A DNA stretch of 64,000 nt from Lentisphaerae bacterium GWF2_38_69 (GCA_001803205.1 MHBE01000032.1:25441-89440); one strand, 5' to 3'; positions 44,118 to 55,619 are shown, counted from the first letter of the stretch. The notes: a model not told the origin generated them from the letters alone. A program made the numbers and translations.

Positions 44118-44765
44118 ATGTTTACAGGAATAATAGAAGAGCTGGGAATATTCAATTACCTAAAAAGCTCTGAAAAATTAGTTACTACCTCTGTTTCATG
44201 TACTGAAATTCTAAAAGGATTGAAAATAGGAGACAGCATAGCTGTTAATGGAGTATGCCTTACGGTGAGTTTTTTTGATTCATCTTCGTTTATAGCTGAT
44301 GTTATGCCCGAGACACTTAATAAAACAAATCTTGGAAAACTAAAACCCGGTAGCTGTGTAAATCTTGAGAAAGCCCTTTTGGTTTCGGACAGATTAGGTG
44401 GACATTTTGTCAGTGGACACATTGATGGAGTCGCTTATATCTGCGAAAAAAAAAGTGATAGAAACGCCATAATTATAACTTTTAGTACCTCAAAAGAACT
44501 GCTTAGATATATGGTTCAAAAAGGATCAGTTGCCATTGATGGAGTTAGTTTAACTATAGCATTTATAGATAGAATTTTTTTTGGAGTTTCTTTGATACCG
44601 TTAACCGCTAAGCTCACCACACTGGGATATAAAAATATTGGTGATGAAGTTAATATAGAATGCGATATTATTGGCAAATATATTGAAAAGTTTTTAACTG
44701 AAAAACCTTATGCTTCTGAATCAAAGATAACGCAGGGGTTTTTAAAAGAACATGGATTTGCCTGA
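44118..44765 (+). CDS. ribE: riboflavin synthase
   Basis: Has the N-terminal MFTGIIEE signature and an internal duplication ([12 protein letters not shown] / [11 protein letters not shown]). Confidence 0.9.
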   Translation: MFTGIIEELGIFNYLKSSEKLVTTSVSCTEILKGLKIGDSIAVNGVCLTVSFFDSSSFIADVMPETLNKTNLGKLKPGSCVNLEKALLVSDRLGGHFVSGHIDGVAYICEKKSDRNAIIITFSTSKELLRYMVQKGSVAIDGVSLTIAFIDRIFFGVSLIPLTAKLTTLGYKNIGDEVNIECDIIGKYIEKFLTEKPYASESKITQGFLKEHGFA

Positions 44766-44782
44766 TTTTAAAGAGGTTACTT

Positions 44783-45985
44783 ATGAAGTTCAATAGTATT
44801 GAAGATGCTGTTAAAGACATACACAATGGGAAGATGGTTATTGTCATTGACGACGAAGACAGGGAGAATGAGGGTGACCTTATAATGGCAGCTGAAAAAG
44901 CTACTTCCGAAGCAATTAATTTTATGGCAAAGTATGGAAGAGGAATGATTTGCGTGCCTATCACTTTGGAAAGATCCAATCTTCTGGGTCTTAACAGGAT
45001 GATAGAAAAAAATGAAGATAAATATTGTACGGCTTTCACAGTAACTGTTGATCATATTTCAACAAGAACAGGGATATCTGCCCATGAACGAGCTTTGACT
45101 GCCAGAGAACTGGCAAACCCTGTGGCGAAAGCATCTGACTTCAAACGCCCAGGGCATATTTTCCCATTGATTGCAAAACGCGGAGGGGTTCTTGAAAGAA
45201 CCGGCCATACTGAAGCAGCAATAGACCTGGCAATAAAAGCAGGATTAACCCCGGCAGGAGTTATTTGCGAAATTATGAATGAAGATGGTACGATGGCAAG
45301 AACTTCCCATCTTATTGAATTTGCTCATAAACATTCCCTTAAAATAATTACTATTGAAAGACTTATTGAATATAGAAAAAAAAGCGAAAAACTCGTAAGA
45401 AGAGTAGCCGAAGCTGATATGCCTACCAAACATGGCCCATTCAGAATTATCGGATACGAAAATGTAATCAATGGTGAACATCATGTAGCTTTAGTCAAAG
45501 GGGATATAAGCCCATCAAAGGAACCTGTGCTTGTAAGAGTTCATTCAGAATGTTTAACAGGCGATGCGTTTCATTCACTTAGATGCGATTGCGGAGACCA
45601 ACTCGATGCAGCATTGTCCAGGATAAATAAGGAAGGCAAAGGAGTTCTTCTATATATGCGTCAGGAAGGGCGAGGAATTGGTTTGATCAATAAAATCAGA
45701 GCTTACTCTCTTCAGGATCACGGAAGAGATACAGTTGAAGCAAATGTTGAACTTGGTTTCCCTGCTGATTTAAGAGAATATGGCATTGGAGCGCAAATAC
45801 TTTATGATTTGGGAATAAGAAAAATTCGGGCGCTTACTAACAACCCCAAAAAAATCATCGGATTAAACGGTTATGGCCTTGAAGTAGTAGAGAGAATTGC
45901 TTTACAGGAAGGTAAAAATGAAGCTAATTATAAATATCTCAAGACAAAAAAAGACAAGATGGGGCATATGCTTGAACTTCAGTAA
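44783..45985 (+). CDS. ribBA: bifunctional 3,4-dihydroxy-2-butanone-4-phosphate synthase / GTP cyclohydrolase II
   Basis: The DHBP synthase motif is [11 protein letters not shown]. The GCH II zinc motif is [16 protein letters not shown], followed by [10 protein letters not shown]. Confidence 0.9.
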   Translation: MKFNSIEDAVKDIHNGKMVIVIDDEDRENEGDLIMAAEKATSEAINFMAKYGRGMICVPITLERSNLLGLNRMIEKNEDKYCTAFTVTVDHISTRTGISAHERALTARELANPVAKASDFKRPGHIFPLIAKRGGVLERTGHTEAAIDLAIKAGLTPAGVICEIMNEDGTMARTSHLIEFAHKHSLKIITIERLIEYRKKSEKLVRRVAEADMPTKHGPFRIIGYENVINGEHHVALVKGDISPSKEPVLVRVHSECLTGDAFHSLRCDCGDQLDAALSRINKEGKGVLLYMRQEGRGIGLINKIRAYSLQDHGRDTVEANVELGFPADLREYGIGAQILYDLGIRKIRALTNNPKKIIGLNGYGLEVVERIALQEGKNEANYKYLKTKKDKMGHMLELQ

Positions 45986-46034
45986 GAAAAGAAGTTATCA
46001 ACAAGTTATTAACAATACTAAAAAGGTATAAATT

Positions 46035-46502
46035 ATGGCAGTAAAAGTTAATCAGGCAAATCTCATCGGAAAGAATTTAAAGGTATGTATAGTTGTAGGC
46101 AGATTTAACGAATTTATCAGCAGTAAATTACTTGGAGGAGCCATTGATAGTCTAATAAGGCATGGAGTAGATGAAGAAGAAATAGAAGTAACCTGGGTCC
46201 CAGGTTCTTTTGAAATCCCTTTTATAGCAAAGAAAATTGCGGAAACAAAAAAATTTGACGCAATTATATGTCTTGGAGCTGTTATTCGTGGCTCGACTCC
46301 ACATTTTGATTATGTTTCTAATGAAATGTCAAAAGGTATTGCAAAAGTATCTCTTGACTCTGGCATTCCAGTTATATTTGGAGTGCTGACGACTGATAAT
46401 ATTGAGCAGGCTATTGAAAGAGCAGGAACAAAATCAGGCAATAAAGGCTATGACGCGGCTGTAACCGCAATCGAAATGGCAAACCTTGTAAAAATTCTGT
46501 AA
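46035..46502 (+). CDS. ribH: 6,7-dimethyl-8-ribityllumazine synthase
   Basis: A 155-aa protein with the motifs [17 protein letters not shown] and [14 protein letters not shown]. It is the last gene of the rib operon. Confidence 0.9.
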   Translation: MAVKVNQANLIGKNLKVCIVVGRFNEFISSKLLGGAIDSLIRHGVDEEEIEVTWVPGSFEIPFIAKKIAETKKFDAIICLGAVIRGSTPHFDYVSNEMSKGIAKVSLDSGIPVIFGVLTTDNIEQAIERAGTKSGNKGYDAAVTAIEMANLVKIL

Positions 46503-46546
46503 TTCTTTGCCAAACAAATAAAAAGAAATATTTATTTTAAAAGGGT

Positions 46547-47779
46547 TCAATCTGAATACTTTTTAACAAATAGTGTTGAGACAAAAGCTATTGCACTCAA
46601 TACCAAAATTGATAGATAAAAAAATTCAAAAGTCTGACTTTGCCCTTTGAAAGCTGAAGCTACTATTATTGGAAAGAATGAAGCAATGAGCATTGAAAAA
46701 TTATAAGCTGATGCAACTCCTGTATACCTTGTCCTCGTAGGGAAATTTTCTGCCAGCATCGGATAATATGACCCTGCCATGATTGATATGACCAGTTGAT
46801 AGCTTACCATAAAAAGGATAAGCTCTCCAATGGTGTTTATAGTTTGAACCGATAATGCAGGGTAAGCTAAAATCAGAATCAACAAAAGTGCGGCTCTATA
46901 AATTATTTTTTTGCCTATTCTATCTCCAATAAATCCAAATATAGGAACAAGCACCACCGAAGCTGCATATCCTATAAGACTTGCCATAAATACATCTGAA
47001 GGTTTGCAGTTATTTACAGCAATAAATATTGAGGGCAAAACAAGATAAGAAAGTATCAGGATAGAAGGCAGGATGAGAATTCCTATGCCGCTGAAAAAAC
47101 TTTTAGCGAAAATTTTTAAATCCATTGGATGCCTATTCTTTATTTCTGCTACGAATGAAGGGGTTTCAATTGTATTTTTTCTTATGTAAAACACGCAGAA
47201 AGCCAATAAGCCTCCCAAAATAAACGGAATTCTCCATCCCCAACTCTGCATTGCTTCATTAGGCAAGTTAGAAGACAAAAGATATATAACACCATTGCCA
47301 AACAACACTCCAATTGTGATCATCGATGTCATTATAGCACAATTAAGCCCCTTGTAATTTTTGCCGGTATGTTCAGAAATAAATGTTAAAGCACATGGAA
47401 GTTCCGCTCCAAAAAGAATGCCTTGAAAGAGTCTGAGAATGATAAAAAGAATGGAAGCAAATACTCCTCCGAAAGAATTCTGATATGTAGGCAAAAATCC
47501 CATTGTCATAGTTACTATCGCCATCAGAAACATAACTTCCACGAGAATTTTTTTTCTTCCGTATCTATCCCCAAGAATTCCAAAAATAATTCCTCCTAGA
47601 GGTCTTACGATATATGCAATAGCAAAAACCAGATACGAGCTTATAAGGGATACAATTTTGTCATGTGAAGGGAAAAAATGGTAACTGATATATGAAATGA
47701 GGAGCGCGTAAATCGTAAAATCATAATATTCCAGCCCCGAGCCTATCGAAGCTAGAATAGTACTCTTTTTTATTTTCAT
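46547..47779 (-). CDS. MFS transporter (metabolite:H+ symporter-like)
   Basis: Has about 12 TM segments and the MFS loop motif GDRYGRKKIL, repeated in the second half as GDRIGKK. It overlaps the upstream flavoprotein gene by 4 nt. Confidence 0.8.
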   Translation of the reverse strand: MKIKKSTILASIGSGLEYYDFTIYALLISYISYHFFPSHDKIVSLISSYLVFAIAYIVRPLGGIIFGILGDRYGRKKILVEVMFLMAIVTMTMGFLPTYQNSFGGVFASILFIILRLFQGILFGAELPCALTFISEHTGKNYKGLNCAIMTSMITIGVLFGNGVIYLLSSNLPNEAMQSWGWRIPFILGGLLAFCVFYIRKNTIETPSFVAEIKNRHPMDLKIFAKSFFSGIGILILPSILILSYLVLPSIFIAVNNCKPSDVFMASLIGYAASVVLVPIFGFIGDRIGKKIIYRAALLLILILAYPALSVQTINTIGELILFMVSYQLVISIMAGSYYPMLAENFPTRTRYTGVASAYNFSMLIASFFPIIVASAFKGQSQTFEFFYLSILVLSAIAFVSTLFVKKYSD

Positions 47780-48984
47780 CTGCCTTTTTTCTTTTTGAGC
47801 AAATCAATGATTTTTTTTGAAATCGAAAAATCATGAGGCAGACTTTTTTCGGACAAAATATTGGAAATATACTTTTGAAGTCTTAGATTCCTGATAATTA
47901 CTGAGAAAGCCAGAGGGGAAATCAGCCTATTTGTAAATAATGATTTTGCCGTATTATATGATTTAAAATAAGGCTTAATTTTTTCTGTTATAGTTTTATT
48001 GTAAAGCTCTGATGATGAGATGTGCCCTAATCTAAAAGACTCTAAAATGCTGCTTCCGGCTCTAATCCCTGTTTCAAGGGCTTTTCCTACTCCCTGGCCT
48101 GTAAAAGGATATGTGGATGAAATAGTTTCTCCTACAAATAAAACATTTCCATATGACATCTTACTATAATTTATCAGTCCACTCCTGAGGAATGCTCCTT
48201 TTGGAGCTTCTTCCCAAGCACCTTCAGTCCCAAATTCTTTGTTAAGTTTCTCAATGTGATTTAAAAGCACTTTTTTAAGGTCTGTTTTTGGTGAAGTACA
48301 TTCAAAACCGCAGCCAACATTGTAAAATCCATCTTTCATTGGAAAAACCCAGATATATCCTTTTCTAGTCAGGCTGAAAAATATAGCTCTTGGGAATGTT
48401 ATGTCCCATTTCGCGCTGTAGTAGCCCCTGTAGGCAACTGCATCAGGCTGTTTAAATGGAATATTTCTGAGTGTATATAGGCATTTATCGTTCTGGCAAC
48501 CTATAGAGATAACAACATAAGAACATGTAAAAGTCAAAATCTTATTGGTAAAAGGTTCAAGAAAATCAACCTGGTATTTATTTTCTTCTTCGCGTATTTC
48601 GCCATTAAAAAGTAATTGCCTGAATTGACAGTTTGCGTTCGTCATTACTTTTCTATTGAGTATGCTGCTAAGTTCTCCTCTCTGAAGAGTAATAACTTCT
48701 GAATCTAATGAGAAATGGGTTTTGTTATTGAATGGATAAAGGTCTATATGACTCATCATATGCCCTTTTTTCCTGACTTGTTCCATAATCCCAAGTTCAG
48801 TCAGACATCTGATAGAGTCTCCGGTCAATGCATCACCGGAAACTTTATCTATGGGCGAATTCTCTTTATCAACGATAAGAAGTTTAAAATTAAGATTATG
48901 TCCAAGGGTTATAGCTGCAGCAGTTCCAGCCGGTCCTGCTCCAATAATTATAGCATCGAAAAAATTATCTGACTCTATATTCAT
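47776..48984 (-). CDS. FAD-dependent oxidoreductase, geranylgeranyl-reductase-like family
   Basis: Has the N-terminal dinucleotide fold DAIIIGAGPAGTAAA and is about 400 aa. The later GD-type segment FVGETISSTYPFTGQG is present. Confidence 0.65.
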   Translation of the reverse strand: MNIESDNFFDAIIIGAGPAGTAAAITLGHNLNFKLLIVDKENSPIDKVSGDALTGDSIRCLTELGIMEQVRKKGHMMSHIDLYPFNNKTHFSLDSEVITLQRGELSSILNRKVMTNANCQFRQLLFNGEIREEENKYQVDFLEPFTNKILTFTCSYVVISIGCQNDKCLYTLRNIPFKQPDAVAYRGYYSAKWDITFPRAIFFSLTRKGYIWVFPMKDGFYNVGCGFECTSPKTDLKKVLLNHIEKLNKEFGTEGAWEEAPKGAFLRSGLINYSKMSYGNVLFVGETISSTYPFTGQGVGKALETGIRAGSSILESFRLGHISSSELYNKTITEKIKPYFKSYNTAKSLFTNRLISPLAFSVIIRNLRLQKYISNILSEKSLPHDFSISKKIIDLLKKKKGR

Positions 48985-49046
48985 AAGGCAAAATGTTTAT
49001 AACTTTTTAGAAAAATACACCCTGATATTTGGAAATATCAAATAGT

Positions 49047-50765
49047 TTAGAAACAAGGCATGGGATATTTTGCAATGAAAGTTTTAACTTCTAAAGCAAT
49101 TTTTGCAAGTTCTAACTCATTATCCATAGCTCCTACTGCCCTATCAATCCATTTAGCTATTACTGCCATATCTTCTTCTTTAAGTCCTCTTGTGGTAATT
49201 GCAGGAGTCCCGATTCTTATTCCGCTTGTAACAAATGGTTTTTCCGGGTCAAATGGAATCATGTTCTTATTAACTGTTATTCCGGCCTTGTCTAAAGCTA
49301 TTCCTACAGCTTTACCTGTAGCTTTCTTAGGTCTTAAATCAACCAGCATAAGATGATTGTCGGTTCCTCCAGAAACAATTCTAAAGCCGCAATCAGTAAG
49401 TCCTTTGGAAAGACTCTTTGCATTTGTTATAACTTGTTTCTGATAATTTTTAAATTCCGCTGACATTGCTTCATGGAGGCATACTGCTTTAGCGGCAATG
49501 ACATGCATTAAAGGGCCTCCCTGCATTCCAGGAAATACTTTTGAATTGACATCTTTTATATATTTTCCCTTACAAAGAATAAGTCCGCCTCTTGGGCCTC
49601 TTAGAGATTTGTGGGTCGTCGTCGTAACAATATCTGCGTAAGGAACAGGACTAGGGTGTAATCCTGCTGCGACTAATCCTGCGATATGAGCCATATCTAC
49701 AAAGAGTTTTGCTCCTACTTTATCTGCAATTGAACGCATCCTGGCAAAGTCGATTATTCTTGGATATGCACTTGCTCCTGCAAGAAGCATTTTAGGTTTA
49801 TGCTCCAGAGCAAGTTCTTCGAGATGTTCATAATCGATTGTTTCGGTCTCTTTAGAAACTCCGTAAGGGACAATTTTATAGAACATTCCGCTAAAATTAA
49901 GAGGGTGCCCATGGGTAAGATGTCCGCCATGCGCAAGATCCATGGAAAGAACTGTGTCTCCAGGAGAGACTAATGTATAGTAGGCCGCCATATTTGCCTG
50001 GCTTCCTGAATGAGGCTGTACATTTGCAGCTTCAGCTCCAAAAAGTTTGCAGGCTCTTTCTATAGCAAGACTTTCTACTTTATCAACAAATTCACATCCG
50101 CTATAATATCTTTTTGCAGGATAACCTTCTGCGTATTTATTGGTAAGTACGCTTCCCTGGGCTGCTCTAACAGCTGTGCTCGCAAAATTTTCAGATGCTA
50201 TTAGTTCAATGCCGTCGGTTTGTCTTCTGTTTTCCTCATCTATGAAAGAGGCTATTTCAGGATCAACAGATCTTACTGCAGCTATTTCGTCGTAAGAATT
50301 TTCTTCTATCTTTTCAATCCTTTTTAAATGGCGGGCTTCTTTGGAGAATGGGGTTTCCAGCCATATTTTGCAAAGATCAAGGGCTTTTTCCTTATTTATA
50401 TAATCTGCAGGAAGAACAAGCACATTAGAGCAGTTATGTTCTCTGCTTTTTGTCGCAAATCCTTCATTGGAACAAAGAGCTGCCCTTACATAGTTGAAAC
50501 GATTAGCATTAATAGTCATGCCTACACCGCTTCTGCATATAAGAATTCCCCTTTCATTTAGTCCGAGAGAAATTCTCTTTGCGAGAGATGATGCGTAATC
50601 GCAATAATCATCTTGAGGGTCAAATGACCTAGGACCAATATCATTTATTTTATAGCCTTCTTCCTGAAGTTTTTTTACTAGAAAATCTTTCATTTCCAGC
50701 CCACCATGATCCGTCGAAATCAAAATTTCCTTGCTCTTATCCATACAATCTTCAATCTTTTTCAT
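49047..50765 (-). CDS. glyA: fusion protein: ribose-5-phosphate isomerase B (N-terminal ~150 aa) + serine hydroxymethyltransferase
   Basis: The RpiB/LacAB part has ISTDHGG and [14 protein letters not shown]. The SHMT part has [16 protein letters not shown] and the PLP-lysine motif [14 protein letters not shown]. It is a single uninterrupted 572-aa frame. Confidence 0.85.
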   Translation of the reverse strand: MKKIEDCMDKSKEILISTDHGGLEMKDFLVKKLQEEGYKINDIGPRSFDPQDDYCDYASSLAKRISLGLNERGILICRSGVGMTINANRFNYVRAALCSNEGFATKSREHNCSNVLVLPADYINKEKALDLCKIWLETPFSKEARHLKRIEKIEENSYDEIAAVRSVDPEIASFIDEENRRQTDGIELIASENFASTAVRAAQGSVLTNKYAEGYPAKRYYSGCEFVDKVESLAIERACKLFGAEAANVQPHSGSQANMAAYYTLVSPGDTVLSMDLAHGGHLTHGHPLNFSGMFYKIVPYGVSKETETIDYEHLEELALEHKPKMLLAGASAYPRIIDFARMRSIADKVGAKLFVDMAHIAGLVAAGLHPSPVPYADIVTTTTHKSLRGPRGGLILCKGKYIKDVNSKVFPGMQGGPLMHVIAAKAVCLHEAMSAEFKNYQKQVITNAKSLSKGLTDCGFRIVSGGTDNHLMLVDLRPKKATGKAVGIALDKAGITVNKNMIPFDPEKPFVTSGIRIGTPAITTRGLKEEDMAVIAKWIDRAVGAMDNELELAKIALEVKTFIAKYPMPCF

Positions 50766-50795
50766 ATCAACTGCTCTCCTTAAGTTAATATAATC

Positions 50796-51257
50796 CTACA
50801 ATTCTTTTTCAATTATATCATAAAATGCATAAAGATATTTTTTCATTTCGGAAAAACACTCTTCATAAAGACTTGCTTCTCCGCCAAAAGGATCTGATAT
50901 AGAAATCCTATTAAGCGAATATTCGCTTAATAGCTTCATTTCAGGTTTCCTGTCAAAACTATAAGAAATTTTTTTGATATCATCAAGATGCGATTGCGTC
51001 ATAGCAATTACAATGTCAGCCCATTTAATATGTGAAGAAGTTAATTTCTGGCTTCTATGAGATGAAGCATCTATTCCATGCTTTTTAAGTATAGATAATG
51101 TATTTTCAGATGCGGGCATCCCATCAATAGCTCCTATTCCGGCAGACTGAATATTAATTTTATAAAGAGTTTTTCTTTTTATACACAAATCTTTGAAAAA
51201 CCATTCAGCCATTGGACTTCTGCAAGTATTGCCTGTACAAACAAATAAAATATTCAT
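50796..51257 (-). CDS. low-molecular-weight protein tyrosine/arginine phosphatase
   Basis: Has the CX5R(S) P-loop VCTGNTCRSPMAE at the N-terminus and a DP-loop ISDPFGG. It is 153 aa. Confidence 0.85.
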   Translation of the reverse strand: MNILFVCTGNTCRSPMAEWFFKDLCIKRKTLYKINIQSAGIGAIDGMPASENTLSILKKHGIDASSHRSQKLTSSHIKWADIVIAMTQSHLDDIKKISYSFDRKPEMKLLSEYSLNRISISDPFGGEASLYEECFSEMKKYLYAFYDIIEKEL

Positions 51258-51266
51258 ATCTCTATC

Positions 51267-54200
51267 TCATTCCAGGTGCAACATTCTCCAGACTCTGTAG
51301 AATTCGGTGGATCCCCAGGCCTGAGCATCGCAACCTTTTTGCTTGTGAGGGTAACTGCCGTCAACTATTTCAGGAAGATGCCCAAGGCAGCCAAGATTGA
51401 ATAAGTAGGAAGAAGATGAAAGAACACTGACTGCGTGAGCTAGTCCTCTATGTCCATAAACCTTGTAGTATGCTTCAGAATATGAAGGAAATGTCCAAGT
51501 CCATGCTGTGCCATTATGATATGCAACTTTACGCTGCGTATCTTCATTTCCGGAATAATAATGGCAATATGGTGAAAAAGGATCGTTAAGAAGCTTGTTA
51601 TTATTATCATACACAGGCAACTGAAATCGTACTGTTCTGTCTGCAAGACTTCTTATGGCTCCAGGCACAAGAAGATCGTAGGAAACATCGAGAATGCTCT
51701 TTGACAGTTCGATTTCTCCGTCAAGAGCGCCAAGAGTTATGGCGAAAAGCTGGTTATTTCGGATATGGTCGTCTGCTTCAGCCTCAGCAGCAGGCTTAAA
51801 TCCATCACAGTGCAGGCAGTCAGAAAGATATTTTCGGCCTGTTTTCTGACCTATTGTATTATAATAATCTATAATGAAATATTTATATATAGAATCTTTT
51901 ACTTGTCTGGCTTTTACTTCCCAGTCATGTTTACCACTACAGTCAATTTCAGATAGGAAATTTAAAGAAAAATACCAGAGAGCCTGTATTTCTATAGGAT
52001 ACCCTTCCCTAGGAGTGCCAGCTGGGTAATTCGTATCCATCCATGTGAAGTGAGGAGGACTGTATACGAGCATTGAATCAGCATCAACTCTTATACCGTT
52101 TTGAGTTCCATCAATATAGTTGATAGCTATTGATTTCAGCGCATCAAAAAGAGTTTTTTCTCCATTTACCTTTTCAGATAAAATAGAATCATCTCCGGCA
52201 ATTTTCAGGTAGTCGCTGCATCCTACAAAAAACCATAGCTGAGCATCAGAAGTATCTCGATTCCCTACAATTTCTCCATGAATAATATTAGGAAGAGTTC
52301 CATTTTCTTCATATTTGCCAAATTGAAGAAGAATTTTCCTTACATCATCTTTAAATCCTGCGCTAAGCAGTCCTCTAACGCAAATCAGAGTATCTCTGCC
52401 CCAATCTGTAAACCATGGATACCCTGCAATAACTGTTTTAAGTGCATCGCGCTTTACGACATATTTCTTAATTGTTCTGGGCAGAAGATGGTTTACTGAG
52501 TTATCTGATGCTTCAAGAAGATATTTGAAATTAATATATATCTGAGTTTCAATTTCATCATTATCCTCCTGGGTCAGGAAATTTGATCTGATTTCAGATT
52601 CTTCTCCTCCAAAAATATCAATATGGAAGAATCCTGGACTGTAGAGATCGGATGTCCATTGCATTCCTCTGTCGCGTTCAACTTCATGTTCGATATTATA
52701 TAAAAACTCTGAGGCTCTTTTGAAAACGCCTTTTGTTGTAAATATTTTGAGTTTTCTTTCCTGTACTGGTTTAAAAATAAAACTCTTTATATTGCAGGTA
52801 ACTGAATTTTCCCATTTATTTCTAATGTCTTCATCAATTTTAGTATCGGCATGGAAACCTCTGTCTTCAATATCAGGCCTTATAATCAGATGGATTTGTT
52901 CTTGATCTGAAACATAAGAAGAAGCTTTTAGCAAAGGATGTCTATAGAGATAGAGGGAGACTGAGTTATTGTAATTGTGCATGATTACAGCCAAGCTGAT
53001 ATCCACATAAAGACTATTGCCCACAGGCGCATGGAAAGTCCATGTCCCGCCTCCGTCAACATTTAATTTGAAGCTTTCAAGGTTATCTATATTTAGTTCG
53101 ACTGATCTTCCCTGATGTTGCACCCATGCTCTGAATCTTGTCAGCATGATATGCCTGTCTACAGGGACATCAGAATTGGGATTAGCAGCAAGAAATGCTT
53201 CATATTTTGAATTTATTTTATTCCATTCCAAAGCTATATGGGACATACCTCCTCTTGAATTAGTATCAAGAAATGTCCCTGAAAAATTCCTTATTTCCTT
53301 GTTTGTCAGAGTAGTCTTCAGCATATGAACATCCGTTGCCAGATAAATAATTTCAGAAGTACTTCTTATTGTTTTTCCCTGTCCATAAACTGAAATTGTA
53401 AATTTATGCTTTTTATGGTCATTAAGTTTGAGCTTGGGTGGAGTGATTATAAAGAAATATTCTCCATTTGAACATCTGTGGCTTCCCCTATACTGAAGGA
53501 CTTTTTTATCATTTCCAAGTGTAAATCTGAATCTATGGGGAGCTTTGATTATGACAAGGTGGTTTGGAGGGACGATAAAAGATCTGCTAGAATCATTAGG
53601 CCATGTCCAATGAACCATTGGAACAGGTTCATCTTTATCAAAAAGGGATTGTGTAAAGTGCTCGGGATCATTTAAATATTTTGTTTCAATGCCATTTATA
53701 TCTAACCCGGAAATTACAATTGTCTCATTTCTCCATCTGAGAAGATCCAAAGCGCTTGCCCTGCCTCTTTGAAGCTCAATACCGTCTGGAACTAGTATGT
53801 TTTTCATTTCCGATTCTTTTACTTTTATAAAATCATCTTTGTTTGGACAGAGACAATAGACATCGCCAGGTTTCAAGTTGACTACAGAATATGTTCCCAA
53901 AGGAGTTTCAGAAATCATGTCTAATAAGAAATCACTTTCCAGTTCTTGAAGATTGAATTCACTCAAATCGACTAAGAGCGAAGATTTACAGTCCAAATTT
54001 ATTAGAATAAGAAGTTTAGATTTAGCCAGCCTGGAACTTCTGATAAATATCAATAGCGAATCTTTCTCAGAGGCAATGAATTTTATCGTAGAGTCTCTGT
54101 AAAATGCTTTATGAGATATAAGGATAGCATTTATTCTTCTGATAAAAGCATTCTGGTTTTCTCTCGATCCCCAATTTAGAGCTGACGCTTCATGAACATC

Positions 54201-55619
54201 GATTTTTTCTTTGGCAAACCATTCGACTCCGTTTGTAAATCCGAATCCGCCGTTATCTGAGAGAAGAGCGCATAATCCAGTTCTCATTCTTGCATAAGTA
54301 TTTGATGTAGCAGCAAGTCTTGCATTGTCATGAGTCTCAGCATAATGAACCATTATTCCGTCTGACTGGCTTGTTTTATGAGCTATTTTTGAAATATAAT
54401 CCTGAATTTGCCATTTTGTGTAGTTTTGGAAAAGTTCCGAATAAGCCCAGTTCATATTGGCTCTGTTAAGTAGATCTACAGTTATTTTGGGATCGCCTCC
54501 AAGTCCTTCAAGGAGGAAAATCGTATCAGGATATTCGTTTCTGACTTTTGCAATTATATAAAGCCATGCTTCATATGGTATCATGTATCCTGCATCACAT
54601 CTGAAGCCATCGACTCCGCGGGAGGACCATGTAAGAAACATTTCTGCAAGATATTCCCATAGTTCAGGGTGAATGTGGTTAAGCTCTGTAAGATCACCCC
54701 ATGTAACGCCCCATGCGCCTGGAGATATTATTTTCCCGTCTGCTTCTCTAAGAAGCCATTCAGGATGTTCTTCATGAAGTTTTGCTGCCCATCCTACATG
54801 ATTTATAGCTACATCAATAATCAGTTTTGCATTTCTTTTGTGAATGGCATCAACAAGTTCGATAAACTGTTCTAGAGGAGTCGCTTTCTTGTCAAATTCA
54901 GCCAAAGAAGGATCTATATCAGTAAAATCCAAAGAGGCATAAGGACTTCCGTATCTTCCCATTCTGGCAAAAACCGTAGGGGTGGGATTAATTGGAAGTA
55001 AATGTATAATTCTACAGTTTAGGTTTTCTATAATAAAATCAAGTTCTTTAATAAGATCCCTAAAAGTTCCTGAAGGAGGAATTATGGTAAAATTATATTT
55101 ATCATATTTACTCATTTCCTCTATAGTAAACCCATTTATAGGCTTTGATTTAGAATAGTATTTATTCGGACCGAATTGTCTGGGAAACGCACAATAGATG
55201 CTATTTGCACAACAGTATTCTGCAGGTTCTACATTTACAGAAACATTGCCTCCTATAGGCCATATTGCATCTGTTTCATTTTCAGGTATAAAAAAGGTAA
55301 TTGCTTCGAAGTGTCCCACTTCAACGAGTGCAAGATGAATATTATATTCTTTTTCGTTAAGCGGGATCATAGGAATATCATACCAGTCCTGACCGCATAA
55401 AGGTTTTTCATCTTTTACACGATGTATAATTTCTTTGCGTTTAACAGAAGCTCTTCCGATATTAGTCCTTAGGAATGCTCTTCCATCATAATGCTGGTCT
55501 AAGGTAAGTCTAAATAGAATACTATCTCCTCTGAAATAGAGTTTATGCTCTCCTGTGTTAGGGCTCTGGGTTAATCGAACCATTTTCCCTCCTGAAATAG
55601 TTTGCAATCTTGTATACAA
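51267..55619 (-). CDS. 1450-aa glycogen-debranching-type enzyme: GH13 alpha-amylase-family (GlgE-like) N-terminal half fused to amylo-alpha-1,6-glucosidase (GDE_C/GH133-like) C-terminal domain
   Basis: The GH13 regions are IIDVAINH (I), GVDGFRCDAGY (II), FLLEGLGG (III) and HYAETHDN (IV). HLLPINP, GSPYA and HPEW resemble the GlgE-type subfamily. The C-terminal third has GYPWFTDWGRDT and an (alpha/alpha)6-type tail ending in AQAWGSTE. Confidence 0.75.
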   Translation of the reverse strand: MYTRLQTISGGKMVRLTQSPNTGEHKLYFRGDSILFRLTLDQHYDGRAFLRTNIGRASVKRKEIIHRVKDEKPLCGQDWYDIPMIPLNEKEYNIHLALVEVGHFEAITFFIPENETDAIWPIGGNVSVNVEPAEYCCANSIYCAFPRQFGPNKYYSKSKPINGFTIEEMSKYDKYNFTIIPPSGTFRDLIKELDFIIENLNCRIIHLLPINPTPTVFARMGRYGSPYASLDFTDIDPSLAEFDKKATPLEQFIELVDAIHKRNAKLIIDVAINHVGWAAKLHEEHPEWLLREADGKIISPGAWGVTWGDLTELNHIHPELWEYLAEMFLTWSSRGVDGFRCDAGYMIPYEAWLYIIAKVRNEYPDTIFLLEGLGGDPKITVDLLNRANMNWAYSELFQNYTKWQIQDYISKIAHKTSQSDGIMVHYAETHDNARLAATSNTYARMRTGLCALLSDNGGFGFTNGVEWFAKEKIDVHEASALNWGSRENQNAFIRRINAILISHKAFYRDSTIKFIASEKDSLLIFIRSSRLAKSKLLILINLDCKSSLLVDLSEFNLQELESDFLLDMISETPLGTYSVVNLKPGDVYCLCPNKDDFIKVKESEMKNILVPDGIELQRGRASALDLLRWRNETIVISGLDINGIETKYLNDPEHFTQSLFDKDEPVPMVHWTWPNDSSRSFIVPPNHLVIIKAPHRFRFTLGNDKKVLQYRGSHRCSNGEYFFIITPPKLKLNDHKKHKFTISVYGQGKTIRSTSEIIYLATDVHMLKTTLTNKEIRNFSGTFLDTNSRGGMSHIALEWNKINSKYEAFLAANPNSDVPVDRHIMLTRFRAWVQHQGRSVELNIDNLESFKLNVDGGGTWTFHAPVGNSLYVDISLAVIMHNYNNSVSLYLYRHPLLKASSYVSDQEQIHLIIRPDIEDRGFHADTKIDEDIRNKWENSVTCNIKSFIFKPVQERKLKIFTTKGVFKRASEFLYNIEHEVERDRGMQWTSDLYSPGFFHIDIFGGEESEIRSNFLTQEDNDEIETQIYINFKYLLEASDNSVNHLLPRTIKKYVVKRDALKTVIAGYPWFTDWGRDTLICVRGLLSAGFKDDVRKILLQFGKYEENGTLPNIIHGEIVGNRDTSDAQLWFFVGCSDYLKIAGDDSILSEKVNGEKTLFDALKSIAINYIDGTQNGIRVDADSMLVYSPPHFTWMDTNYPAGTPREGYPIEIQALWYFSLNFLSEIDCSGKHDWEVKARQVKDSIYKYFIIDYYNTIGQKTGRKYLSDCLHCDGFKPAAEAEADDHIRNNQLFAITLGALDGEIELSKSILDVSYDLLVPGAIRSLADRTVRFQLPVYDNNNKLLNDPFSPYCHYYSGNEDTQRKVAYHNGTAWTWTFPSYSEAYYKVYGHRGLAHAVSVLSSSSYLFNLGCLGHLPEIVDGSYPHKQKGCDAQAWGSTEFYRVWRMLHLE

